Position numbers and translations under genes: made by a program
Part shown: piece by piece, positions 1 through 8,888 of the stretch
Layout of the letters: each line of letters starts with the position of its first letter
Numbering within the stretch: position 1 is the first letter of the stretch
IMG/VR virus record: IMGVR_UViG_3300014204_000113
Location: 32,001 to 96,000 of that record
Reading direction: 5' to 3' (one strand)
DNA length: 64,000 nucleotides
Source of the DNA: a virus
Taxonomy: Duplodnaviria > Caudoviricetes
The notes under the pieces: generated by a model
What the model saw: the letters and a program-made list of their open reading frames with translations, nothing else
The model's database searches: none
What the model was told of the DNA's origin: nothing

Positions 1-13
1 GCGAAGAAATTTC

Positions 14-42
14 TTGACAAGCCAACCATAAAAATTTAAGAT
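14..42 (+). promoter_or_regulatory. sigma70-type promoter of the ubiquitin-like operon
   Basis: TTGACA-17nt-TAAGAT followed by AAGGAGG RBS before ATG 66. Confidence 0.7.
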
Positions 43-65
43 AATTTCATAAGGAGGACAAACGA

Positions 66-1385
66 ATGTGGTTCATGCTTGACAATCACCTTGACGCAGA
101 AAAAATCTTGACCAAGGCTTTAATACCCACTCTGCTTCACACAATCACCACCCCAAGAGAAATCAAAGGGTTGGCTTTCCCGGAAGAAGAAAAAGACAAG
201 GTGCTCAAACTTCTGAAATTGGAAGAAAAAACTTGGGCGACGGTTAGAACCAACGATGACAATATTCTCCTTATGGAAGCACAAGGAAGGGTCGTCAAAA
301 TTGGCGGTCATCTTCAAACTTGGGATGAATTTTCTGGAGTTTTAGAAGAATACGCAGAATTGCTAAATGTTAAAATAGTGGTTTCAAATCCACATGTGAA
401 TCAAATTATAGGAAAAGGAGTAACTTTAGAACCAGAGGCAGAAGAAGGAACTTTGTTTATAAAATTCTATGCCTCCCCTGAAAAAACCAAAGCAAAATCA
501 TACAAAGAAGTTTTCGGTTTTAAATTAGGAACAAGTCAAAGCGATGGAGTAGAGCCTTCCGGTCAAGGACAACCAATTATTGACCCTTCTTCTGAAACCA
601 CCATCGCAGAAGTAATTGGTGACAGCCTTTATGTTCTATTCGATTTGCCTCATAATGACGGTTTGAAAAACAGCCAAGAAATTATGCGACAAATCATGGA
701 ACAATATTCTCTTCTGCAAAAGTCGCCAGAAGAATTGAAAAAATGGCGAGAAGAAGCGAAAGAAAGAGAAGCGACCAAAACAAAAACTGCCTATGTTAAG
801 GAGTGTTCAAAAAGATTAAAAGCAGTAAAGAATGAACTGATAGAGGATATTGAAGGAAATGAAAACGAACTAAACGCATTAGGGCAAAGAATTACTGAAT
901 TGGTGAGACAAATTGATGAGAAGAAGAAACAACTCTTCGGTTTTGACGACCTTGGAGATAGGGAAGAAAGATTTTCTCAAGAATATGATAAGTTGTTAGG
1001 ATTGCCTCATGTCAAGAAAGTTTTGGTTGAAGAGGGCAAGGTTAAAGTTTTCACCAATACTATCTTTCTTGAAAGTGATGGCAAGGTCTATGAAATGGGG
1101 GATTATCGCATTGACATTCCTACACAAGACACCAATTTAAAAATCGCCAATCTGAGGATGGAAGAGTTGACTGGGCAAACATATTTCCACCATCCTCATG
1201 TTTCTGGAAATAAAGATGGCGCAACTCCTTGTTTGGGGAACATTTCAGAAGGTGTTATGCGTCTAATTGGTGCATATGAATTTTCAGTAGTGGCACAAAT
1301 TCTCATTGAATATCTACATAGCAATAGATATCAAGACGAATTGACAACTTACTGGAAGCCAATAAAGAAAGCAAAAAGGGCGTAA
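66..1385 (+). CDS. Coiled-coil protein with C-terminal prokaryotic E2 (ubiquitin-conjugating-like) domain
   Basis: HHPHV...PCLGN motif typical of UBC-fold catalytic region; long coiled coil; first gene of operon with JAB, E1 and Ubl genes. Confidence 0.7.
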   Translation: MWFMLDNHLDAEKILTKALIPTLLHTITTPREIKGLAFPEEEKDKVLKLLKLEEKTWATVRTNDDNILLMEAQGRVVKIGGHLQTWDEFSGVLEEYAELLNVKIVVSNPHVNQIIGKGVTLEPEAEEGTLFIKFYASPEKTKAKSYKEVFGFKLGTSQSDGVEPSGQGQPIIDPSSETTIAEVIGDSLYVLFDLPHNDGLKNSQEIMRQIMEQYSLLQKSPEELKKWREEAKEREATKTKTAYVKECSKRLKAVKNELIEDIEGNENELNALGQRITELVRQIDEKKKQLFGFDDLGDREERFSQEYDKLLGLPHVKKVLVEEGKVKVFTNTIFLESDGKVYEMGDYRIDIPTQDTNLKIANLRMEELTGQTYFHHPHVSGNKDGATPCLGNISEGVMRLIGAYEFSVVAQILIEYLHSNRYQDELTTYWKPIKKAKRA

Positions 1386-1417
1386 ATGAAATTAAAGATA
1401 AATAAAAGGAGGAACAA

Positions 1418-2242
1418 ATGAAAATTGAATCGGTAGTTCCAATCATTGCCATAACCCCAGACGCCAAGGCAAAATTAGATGCCTATATCGGCATCTGCAA
1501 AGAAGAAATTAGTGGTTTGGGTGTTGTAAGGAGATTGCCACAATGGAAATTCCTTATTGAAGACATCATTCTCTTTTCCCAAGAAGTGACGGCAGGAACG
1601 ACAAACCTTGATGAAGAAACCCTTCACCAATTTTTGACCGAAGCTGTGGAACAAAATTTGGACCCATCGGTTTTAAAATTGTGGTGGCATAGCCACGTCA
1701 ACGGGTCTTGCTTTTGGTCTGGAATTGACACTGGGACTATTAACAAGGCGTTATTAGGTGACGATTGGATGTTATCTATTGTAGGCAATAAAAAAGGCGA
1801 ATACAAATGCCGTCTTGACACCTACGATCCAGTCCGCATCGCCTTAGATGAATTATCCTTGCAGTTGCAGCAAACAACTGATGTCGGCCTTTGGAAGCAA
1901 TTGAAGGCCGAAGTTAAAGAAAAGGTGAGAAAAAAGAAATATACCACATATCAAGGTGGTGGTGGAATTTGGGAAAAAGGAAAGGTTTGGGATAAAAAGA
2001 ATTATAAGTGGGCGTGGCCGGATGAAATTGATGAGACCGATGAAAACGACCAACCCATCCTTCCCAAACATTCTTCAAAGAATTCTTGCGGGGAATGCAA
2101 GGATTTTCTTGAAGGAAAAAAAACTTGCAAACAAAACTTTGCCAGTGGAAAATTTATGGCTGCTTGCAGACTATTTGAACCTATCCAAATAGGCGAAAGT
2201 GAAGAAACAAAAGAACAAGACTTGCAAGTGGGGATGGTTTAA
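1418..2242 (+). CDS. JAB/MPN+ metallo-isopeptidase (prokaryotic JAB)
   Basis: EISG...WWHSH-x7-S-x2-D JAMM motif; C-terminal Cys cluster. Confidence 0.85.
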   Translation: MKIESVVPIIAITPDAKAKLDAYIGICKEEISGLGVVRRLPQWKFLIEDIILFSQEVTAGTTNLDEETLHQFLTEAVEQNLDPSVLKLWWHSHVNGSCFWSGIDTGTINKALLGDDWMLSIVGNKKGEYKCRLDTYDPVRIALDELSLQLQQTTDVGLWKQLKAEVKEKVRKKKYTTYQGGGGIWEKGKVWDKKNYKWAWPDEIDETDENDQPILPKHSSKNSCGECKDFLEGKKTCKQNFASGKFMAACRLFEPIQIGESEETKEQDLQVGMV

Positions 2243-2904
2243 TGGTAAATCAAGAACCCGATTTTTGGAGGCAGTTTGACATTCTTCGGCCTACCGACTT
2301 AGAATTCCCTGTTCATATGGGAGGTTGTGGAGGTATCGGATCGCCCACTGCTTTGGCTATGGCGAAAATGGGGTGTAAAGATATGACCTTACATGACCAT
2401 GACACTGTGGAAAACCACAATTTACCCAATCAGATTTACCGATTGACAGACGTGGGAATGTTCAAGGTGGAAAGTTTGGCCAAAACCATTGAAGACTTCA
2501 CTGGTGTAATACCAAAAACTTCCCTCGAAAAGATAACTGCCGATTCAAAATTGGTCGGGTTAGTAGTGTCTGGGGTTGATTCTATGGCAGCTAGGAAAGA
2601 AATTTGGCAAGCCATCAGATATAAAACGACAATCCCTTTGTATGTGGATGCCAGAATGGGGGCGGAAGTTTGTCGCATCTATTCCATCAGGCCGACTAAT
2701 CCCATTGATGTAGCGATGTATGAAGGGACGTTGTATGATGATGCAGAAGCCCAAGAATTGCCTTGCACGGGCAGAAGCATTATCTACAATGTATTTATGA
2801 TCGCGGCATTGATTTGCAGTCAAATCAAGAAATTTGCTCGTGGACAAGAGTTCAATAAAGAAGTTATCTTTGATTTGGTTACATTGATGTGTTTGACTGA
2901 GTGA
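2242..2904 (+). CDS. ThiF/MoeB family E1-like ubiquitin-activating enzyme
   Basis: GCGGIGS nucleotide-binding loop, DHDTVENHNLPNQ, K-V, VDS-R, DARM, C-terminal ELPC cysteine; TAATG coupling to JAB gene. Confidence 0.9.
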   Translation: MVNQEPDFWRQFDILRPTDLEFPVHMGGCGGIGSPTALAMAKMGCKDMTLHDHDTVENHNLPNQIYRLTDVGMFKVESLAKTIEDFTGVIPKTSLEKITADSKLVGLVVSGVDSMAARKEIWQAIRYKTTIPLYVDARMGAEVCRIYSIRPTNPIDVAMYEGTLYDDAEAQELPCTGRSIIYNVFMIAALICSQIKKFARGQEFNKEVIFDLVTLMCLTE

Positions 2905-2967
2905 AACTATCAACTTTAAATAAATCTATCATGAGAATAGGAGGAAAATAAAAGGGATAACAAACAG

Positions 2968-3153
2968 ATGTTTATCAAGGTGGTGTGGAAGGGGAAAGTA
3001 ACCGAAGTTATCCTTCCCCAAAATGGGACAACGGGAGATGCGTTGAAAGCGGCCCAAATCCCATCAAGTCAAGTAACTGGAATAACCGTAACCGGAGTTC
3101 GCTGCTGCGCTGATACCCAATTGAGACCTGACGACGCGGTTTACGCAACTTAA
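2968..3153 (+). CDS. Ubiquitin-like (beta-grasp) protein lacking C-terminal GG
   Basis: Paralogous to 3189-3395 (MFIKV...GxTxGDALxxA...DTQL) but ends VYAT. Confidence 0.65.
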   Translation: MFIKVVWKGKVTEVILPQNGTTGDALKAAQIPSSQVTGITVTGVRCCADTQLRPDDAVYAT

Positions 3154-3188
3154 CCATCAACCTTAAACAAAAAAGGAGGAATTAAAGC

Positions 3189-3395
3189 ATGTTCGTTAAA
3201 GTGGCAAAGTTGGGCGCGAAAGTGGAAGAAGTGAATCTGGCTACCGGGGCCACCGTGGGCGAAGCCCTGAATGTGGCGGGCGTCACCGGGGACAACATGG
3301 AGATGAAGTTCAACGGGATGGTGGTTCAGAAGGACACCCAACTCCATGCGGATGGCGTTTTGACCCTCGTAGGCCAGATCAAGGGCGGCGCATAA
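3189..3395 (+). CDS. Ubiquitin-like modifier (ThiS/MoaD-like fold) ending in GG-A
   Basis: 68 aa beta-grasp pattern, C-terminus IKGGA; strong RBS; GC-rich codon usage. Confidence 0.85.
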   Translation: MFVKVAKLGAKVEEVNLATGATVGEALNVAGVTGDNMEMKFNGMVVQKDTQLHADGVLTLVGQIKGGA

Positions 3396-3407
3396 TCTAA
3401 CCTAAAC

Positions 3408-3447
3408 CGGCAGCCTTGTGATGTTTGCAAGGCTGCCGAACCTTTTT
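3408..3447 (+). terminator. Rho-independent terminator
   Basis: 11-bp stem CGGCAGCCTTG/CAAGGCTGCCG followed by T-run. Confidence 0.8.
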
Positions 3448-3462
3448 AAAATTGGGAGAATC

Positions 3463-3486
3463 ATTTGTATATTTGTATATTTGTAT
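3463..3486. repeat. Tandem 8-mer ATTTGTAT x3
   Basis: Direct reading; lies just beyond the TnpB right end. Confidence 0.8.
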
Positions 3487-3518
3487 ATAAAAATCAGTGG
3501 TGAATGTTCTATCTAAAG

Positions 3519-4631
3519 TCAGACAGCTTTTAGAACCAAGTTCAAAGACTCCATCCCGAGTCTTAAAATATTAATCGCGGCATTGTGATCACGATCAATA
3601 ACTAAATTACAATGAGGGCAAGAATGAGTTCTAACAGACAACTCTTTATCAACCAAGTTATAACATCCAGAACACATCTTGCTGGTGTTTCTTGGATTTA
3701 CGAAGATTGTTTGTCTACCAGCATATTCTGCTTTGTATTTAACAAAATTCATAAATTGATTCCAAGCAACATTACTTATGGATTTTCTAATTCCTTTAAA
3801 GGTAGTTTGTTGCATACTTTTAATATCAAGTTTTTCAAAAACTATTATTTGATTTTCATTTATGATTCTTCTGCTGAGTTTATGTGCAAAATCTGTTCTT
3901 TTGTTTGTGATTTTAGAATAAATTTTAGCAACAATTTTCTTGAGTTTATTTCTTTTTCTAGAACATTTTTTCGCATTAGAAAATTTACTTTGATATCTTG
4001 CAAGTTTCTGTTCAGATTCTTTGAAAAATCTAGGATTAGGAATCTTCTCGCCATCAGAGAAAGTAGCAAAAGAAACAAGACCCACATCAATACCAATAGG
4101 TTTCTCAATATTTGGCAAAATATTCGTTTCAACTTCACAACTAAAACATGCAAACCACTTGTTTGTAGAATCTCTTCTGATAGTGAGAGTTTTAATCTTG
4201 CCCTCAATATTCCTATGTTGTTTGATTCTAACAGCGCCTATTTTAGACATCTTCAAAAACTTATCTTTAATCTTAAAGCCGCCTTGAGTAAATGTGAAAC
4301 TATTATACCTATCATAACCTTGAAATCTAGGATAACCGGGTTTATCGCCTTTCTTAACTCGTCTAAAGAAAGATTTAAAAGCTTTATCAAGTCTATTTTG
4401 TGCATCTCTAAGGCAATGAATATGAATATTTTCAAATTCAGGTTTTTCTTTTTTCCATTGAGGCAAAAGATTATAAGTATCATAAAGACTAAAACTTTTC
4501 TTTTCTTCTTCCCAGCTTTTCTTTCTAGTTTCAAGCGTTTTGTTGTAAATCCAGCGACAAGAATCAAGATAGGCTTGCAAAGATTTTTCTTGTTTACTAG
4601 TAGGATAAATCCTGAATTTAAAAGTTTTCAT
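3519..4631 (-). CDS. tnpB: TnpB RNA-guided endonuclease (IS200/IS605 family), no tnpA
   Basis: MKTFKFRIYPT HTH start, GYPRF, RuvC GIDVG / VFEKL / DRDHNAAINI, CSGC..CPHC zinc finger; start placed at ATG 4631. Confidence 0.93.
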   Translation of the reverse strand: MKTFKFRIYPTSKQEKSLQAYLDSCRWIYNKTLETRKKSWEEEKKSFSLYDTYNLLPQWKKEKPEFENIHIHCLRDAQNRLDKAFKSFFRRVKKGDKPGYPRFQGYDRYNSFTFTQGGFKIKDKFLKMSKIGAVRIKQHRNIEGKIKTLTIRRDSTNKWFACFSCEVETNILPNIEKPIGIDVGLVSFATFSDGEKIPNPRFFKESEQKLARYQSKFSNAKKCSRKRNKLKKIVAKIYSKITNKRTDFAHKLSRRIINENQIIVFEKLDIKSMQQTTFKGIRKSISNVAWNQFMNFVKYKAEYAGRQTIFVNPRNTSKMCSGCYNLVDKELSVRTHSCPHCNLVIDRDHNAAINILRLGMESLNLVLKAV

Positions 4632-4643
4632 GCTCACATCTAG

Positions 4644-4694
4644 ATTATAACATATGGAAAAAGACAATGCAAGCTAGTAGTTCAAATTTTTGTA
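4644..4694 (-). promoter_or_regulatory. Phage-type promoter driving tnpB
   Basis: Minus strand TACAAAAATTTGAACT-N6-TTGCAT-17-TATAAT; same upstream element at 13434 and 46464. Confidence 0.7.
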
Positions 4695-4733
4695 CTGAGG
4701 ATGAAAATAATTTGGTTTGAGTGAAAATTTTTC

Positions 4734-4762
4734 TTGACAAGGTGATTTTAATGATTTAATAT
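4734..4762 (+). promoter_or_regulatory. sigma70-type promoter
   Basis: TTGACA-17-TAATAT upstream of AAGGAGG and ATG 4794. Confidence 0.65.
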
Positions 4763-4793
4763 GAACTAAGAAATTGATTTGCAAGGAGGTTTA

Positions 4794-5984
4794 ATGGAAC
4801 CAAAACCCGGCACCAAAGTAAAGTTATTAAAAACAAGTCGATTCTATAATCAAGCGCCTGATGAAATTGGAATAATTGTTGAAAGTGTATATGTTGATGA
4901 CCCTGATACTGATTGGTGCAAAGTACAATTTCCAAATAAAACAGACGCATATCGTTTCAGAGGAGAAGGAATAGACTTGGAATTAGCTGAAAAATGGACT
5001 TATAAAAAAGTTGGTGAATTAAAACCAAAAGATTTGGAAGATGAACAACCGACTTCTTGTGTATATAAGGATGGAATAGTCTTATTGTTACCAAAGAAGT
5101 TTTATGAACTATTTGAAGAAAAACAAGTTGAAATTACCGGACAAATAATTTCTTCTCATTGGGGGTGGCCAGCTAATGGGAAATTCCGTTTCATAAAAGA
5201 AGGTTGGCGTGGTTATTGGTATAATAAAGAAAAAGAATTTCTTGACGACCTTTTAAAAGCAATTGCCATCGCTAATGAAGAACCTTTTACTGAAATAAAA
5301 GAAGAAAACACATTGGAAAAAGCAATAATGGAAAAAGCAAAACAAGAACAGGAAGAAATTGATTTAAAAGAATCAAGGAACAGGTATGCAAAAGAATGTA
5401 CAAAAAGATTAAAAAACAAGAGACAAGAATATGAAAAAAGAATTAAAGAATATGAAGAAGAAACAAAAGAAATTTCTCGGCGCTTAGTTGAATTGACTAG
5501 GAATATTGATGAAAATAAAAGGATGGTTTTTGGTTTAAACGATCAAAAAGACCAACTTGAAAGATATAAAGAAGAATATGACAAGTTATCAGAACTGCCC
5601 CATGTTAGGAAAGTTTTGGTAAAAAATGAGAAAATAACAGTATTCACCGACACAATATATTTATCTTACGAAAATGAAACCTATGAATTAGGTGAATATC
5701 AAATAAATTTTGAAGGACAAGTTAGAATAATTAACGAAAGACCTATATTTAACCCAACCCATGGCACTAATGGACAATGGTTTCATCATCCCCATGTTTT
5801 TGAAAAAGATGGAAGCAATACTTGTTTGGGAAATATTACAGCAGGAATTCGTGAATTAGTAGGAAAATATGAATATGCAATAGCCACTGCAATTCTGATT
5901 GATTTTTTACATACTTGCAAATATCCTCATTATTTACAAAGGAATTGGAAGCCAATGGAGAAAAAGGAGGCATTATGGGCCTAA
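4794..5984 (+). CDS. Coiled-coil + E2-like protein, paralogue of 66-1385
   Basis: Shares YxKECxKRLK, EYDKL..LPHV.KVLV, HHPHV..CLGNI with ORF 66-1385; different N-terminus. Confidence 0.7.
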   Translation: MEPKPGTKVKLLKTSRFYNQAPDEIGIIVESVYVDDPDTDWCKVQFPNKTDAYRFRGEGIDLELAEKWTYKKVGELKPKDLEDEQPTSCVYKDGIVLLLPKKFYELFEEKQVEITGQIISSHWGWPANGKFRFIKEGWRGYWYNKEKEFLDDLLKAIAIANEEPFTEIKEENTLEKAIMEKAKQEQEEIDLKESRNRYAKECTKRLKNKRQEYEKRIKEYEEETKEISRRLVELTRNIDENKRMVFGLNDQKDQLERYKEEYDKLSELPHVRKVLVKNEKITVFTDTIYLSYENETYELGEYQINFEGQVRIINERPIFNPTHGTNGQWFHHPHVFEKDGSNTCLGNITAGIRELVGKYEYAIATAILIDFLHTCKYPHYLQRNWKPMEKKEALWA

Positions 5985-6469
5985 TGGAATTGATCGCAGA
6001 AGGATTAGATGTTTCTGGAAGTTATTTTGATTGGAATAGTTTGCCTGTAGTTGAAAGAAAAGTAGTTTTGGTTGAACCAGAAAAATTCATTCATATGACA
6101 AACAGGGAAATGAAGTCAATTTTGAACAATTCTCTTGTAGAAAAAGTAGAAGAGAACAATTCATGCTATGGAATCGTTGCCCACATAAAGCCATTCACCA
6201 TCAAATATGCTGCCTATTTTGGAAAAGAACCAATGGAAATGAATAATGGTTGCAGAATTTTACTGAGAACAAGAGGAAAAGGTCCAATGGTAAAATTTTA
6301 TCATTATAGATATCCAGAAAGAATTGGTCATCATTATAATGTAAGGACAAATGGGGGTGTTTGTTTGAGAAATCTTGAAAAACCAATTTCTAAACTGCTC
6401 AAAGCAAAAGAATACGCGGTAGCACTTAGTTTGTTAATTGAATTTATCCAAGTATTTAATGGAGCATAA
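5975..6469 (+). CDS. Divergent E2-like protein
   Basis: HHYNV..GGVCLRN and KEYAVALSLLIEF tail shared with other E2-like ORFs; RBS AAGGAGG before ATG 5975. Confidence 0.5.
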   Translation: MGLMELIAEGLDVSGSYFDWNSLPVVERKVVLVEPEKFIHMTNREMKSILNNSLVEKVEENNSCYGIVAHIKPFTIKYAAYFGKEPMEMNNGCRILLRTRGKGPMVKFYHYRYPERIGHHYNVRTNGGVCLRNLEKPISKLLKAKEYAVALSLLIEFIQVFNGA

Positions 6470-6499
6470 ATCAACCAACTAAATAAGGAGGAACAAAAA

Positions 6500-6949
6500 A
6501 TGCCAAGGTATCGAGTAACGGAAAAGATTTATCGCGATTTGGAAGTGAAGCAATACGGCATCCAAGTGTTTGACGTGGAGGCTGATAACGAAGGTGAAGC
6601 TAAAGAGATGTCTTCAGATGAAGGCGAATTGGTCTCTGAAACTTGGGAACCTGTAGCACAAGAAAAAATGGAAGAAGCCATAAAAGAAGCTGATGAAGAT
6701 GATTATCATGACTATGACGAAAACATCAGCGTCGTCCAAATTGGTGGTTCTTCCACAGACCATATGTTTGTCAAAGTGGTCTACAAAGGCAAAGTGGATG
6801 AAGTGATGATTTCTCGCGGTGGCGTCATCAGGGAAGCGTTAGGTGCCGCGAATATCTCTTCAAGAGATGTCATCAACCTCACTGTCACCGGCATCGCTTG
6901 TTGTCTGGATACTGAATTGCGCCCCGATGACATGGTTTATGTGGACTGA
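6500..6949 (+). CDS. Acidic domain fused to C-terminal ubiquitin-like domain
   Basis: C-terminal 61 aa closely match ORF 2968-3153 (MFVKVVYKGKV...CCLDTELRPDD). Confidence 0.7.
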   Translation: MPRYRVTEKIYRDLEVKQYGIQVFDVEADNEGEAKEMSSDEGELVSETWEPVAQEKMEEAIKEADEDDYHDYDENISVVQIGGSSTDHMFVKVVYKGKVDEVMISRGGVIREALGAANISSRDVINLTVTGIACCLDTELRPDDMVYVD

Positions 6950-6951
6950 TT

Positions 6952-6984
6952 TAATGGGGTCGTATTAAGCGACCCCATTATTTA
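6952..6984 (+). terminator. Rho-independent terminator
   Basis: 11-bp stem TAATGGGGTCG/CGACCCCATTA + TTT. Confidence 0.75.
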
Positions 6985-7016
6985 ACTAAAAGGAGGAAAA
7001 ATATGATATTGAAGTT

Positions 7017-8276
7017 TTGAAAGTTGTTCTAGAAGAAGAAATGCAATCAACATTCGCAATCAAAGGTGTCCGCAAAGATAAGAATTTTAAACCTAACTAT
7101 AAGACAATTGATAAAATAAAATCAAAATATGATTCTGTCTATCTTGAAATATCAGATTACAACATTAACAAAACCCAACTAAATACAGGATACACTAGCA
7201 GAAGTTTTTTGTCTAATGGCTCTAACATTTTCTATATGGCACCAACTATGGCACCAGTGGACTATAATCCTCAATTTCCTAACTACCTTGAACATCCAGA
7301 AACTTGTTTTGAATATTATCGCCAAAGAGGAATAACCCATCTGATAGGCGAAGAAAAATACATGGGAAGCAGAGCAGAATTGCTCATATTTAAAGACAAA
7401 GAAAAAGCAAATATGATGGGATATGAACATCCAGTAATTGTCAATTCTCGCTCTGGTTATGAATTTTTTGATGATGAAGAAACTAAAAATAAAATTCACG
7501 ATGATATAAAAGATAAAATGAAGGGAATATGTGACTTCATCATATTAGATGCTGAAATCATGCCCTGGAATTATAAGGCTGATAAATTAATAATAAAAGA
7601 ATTTCTTTCACCTATAGAATCAACTTTGCTATCAAGAAAATATACTGATAAAGGTTCATTAGAAAATGCATGGAAGGCTTTGCTTTCGCTTGGAAGGTTT
7701 TCAAAAGAATCACCAATTGAAATAAGACCTTTTCATATATTGGCAAAAGGCAGTGTCGTTGAAAAGAAAGGAAAAAGAATATTTTCAAATGTTGAAGTTG
7801 GTTTTTTAAAAAATCATATTCAACATATGACAGAAATCGAATCTCTTACAAAGAATGGAATTATTTTTAAACCTTGTAAATGGCATTGTTTTGATTTGAA
7901 TGACCAATATCTAAGAAACGAATCTATTAAAAAATGGGAAGAATTTTGCCAAATAGGTGAAGGTTTTGTTTATAAACCTTATGATTTCTTAAATTATGCG
8001 CCCAATTACCACCTGATTCAACCTGCTATGAAAGTCAGAGGCAAAGAATATTTGAGGATAATTTATGGAATTGACTATCTTGAACCTGAATGTTTTCAAA
8101 GACTTACCCATAGACACACCATAAGAAAGAGAATTTTGGCCATCCAAGAGCAAGAATTGGCAATAAAAATCTTGCTTTCCTTCCTGAAAGGGAATAGAAT
8201 AATGAAAGAAAAATTTGTGGCAGCTTTCATAGGAATGGAATCAGTAAACATGGCGAATATTGACGCTACGTTATAA
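7017..8276 (+). CDS. Stand-alone Pnkp-type RNA ligase/adenylyltransferase domain
   Basis: APTMAP, LEHP, EEKYMGSRA, LDAEIMPW, GEGFVYKP, QPAMKVRGKEYLRIIYG motifs of the bacterial Pnkp C-terminal module. Confidence 0.85.
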   Translation: MKVVLEEEMQSTFAIKGVRKDKNFKPNYKTIDKIKSKYDSVYLEISDYNINKTQLNTGYTSRSFLSNGSNIFYMAPTMAPVDYNPQFPNYLEHPETCFEYYRQRGITHLIGEEKYMGSRAELLIFKDKEKANMMGYEHPVIVNSRSGYEFFDDEETKNKIHDDIKDKMKGICDFIILDAEIMPWNYKADKLIIKEFLSPIESTLLSRKYTDKGSLENAWKALLSLGRFSKESPIEIRPFHILAKGSVVEKKGKRIFSNVEVGFLKNHIQHMTEIESLTKNGIIFKPCKWHCFDLNDQYLRNESIKKWEEFCQIGEGFVYKPYDFLNYAPNYHLIQPAMKVRGKEYLRIIYGIDYLEPECFQRLTHRHTIRKRILAIQEQELAIKILLSFLKGNRIMKEKFVAAFIGMESVNMANIDATL

Positions 8277-8342
8277 TTATGCTAATAGTAACCATTATCA
8301 TAATAGCTTTACTTTTATCTATATTCCATAGTGAGTGAATAA

Positions 8343-8810
8343 ATGGCGTCGATTAAAAAATTAATGAAAATAGACAGAGAGATTTCAAATTGTATTGATG
8401 ATAGAGAAATCAATTTTATTGAAGCAGAGAATATAATCTCTACAATTTGTGAGAAACTTAATTTACCAAAGATGACAATTAAATTTTGTTTTTATGAAAA
8501 GAAAGCTGATTGGTTTTTGAGAAAATTATGCAGATTTTTCAACAAAGAAAAACTTTGTGATTTGTATGAAGAAAAAATAGGAAAAAGAAGATTAAGAGTT
8601 GGAGAAGCATATCATGAAATAAATTATATAGTATTATATTCTTCTGGTCAAAATATTAGTACACTATTGCATGAGATTGCTCACTTATTGCCAAATGGAG
8701 TTAATCATGGGAAGAATTGGATAAAGAATTTTAAAGAAGTAGTGAAAATATATAACAAGGAAATTTCAATATGCGCCTGTCGCCAAGCGGACATGGCAGA
8801 AGACTTCTAA
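8343..8810 (+). CDS. SprT-like zinc metallopeptidase-domain protein
   Basis: LLHEIAH...HGKNW motif. Confidence 0.6.
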   Translation: MASIKKLMKIDREISNCIDDREINFIEAENIISTICEKLNLPKMTIKFCFYEKKADWFLRKLCRFFNKEKLCDLYEEKIGKRRLRVGEAYHEINYIVLYSSGQNISTLLHEIAHLLPNGVNHGKNWIKNFKEVVKIYNKEISICACRQADMAEDF

Positions 8811-8855
8811 TCTTCCGGGGAACCATCGGAGGTTCGAATCCTCCCAGGCGTGCCA
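8773..8855 (+). tRNA. tRNA-Arg(TCT) with extended variable loop
   Basis: GCGCCTG/CAGGCGT acceptor, GAAGA-CTTCTAA-TCTTC anticodon arm, GGAGG-TTCGAAT-CCTCC T arm, encoded CCA. Confidence 0.85.
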
Positions 8856-8888
8856 TAATATAAATTCTCAAAGTTAAAGGATAAACGA

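Larger units (their letters stand above)
3500..4694 (-). mobile_element. Solo tnpB element (IS1341-like)
   Basis: tnpB plus putative right end ...ACATTCAC at ~3500 on minus strand; left boundary uncertain. Confidence 0.5.

Noticed and set aside
2242-3395. ThiF/ThiS sulfur-carrier pathway for cofactor biosynthesis
   Set aside because: No thiG/moaE/cysteine-synthase partners; presence of JAB and E2-like genes favours protein conjugation.
3612-4643. 343-aa plus-strand ORF
   Set aside because: Antisense shadow of tnpB with implausible F/I/S-rich composition.
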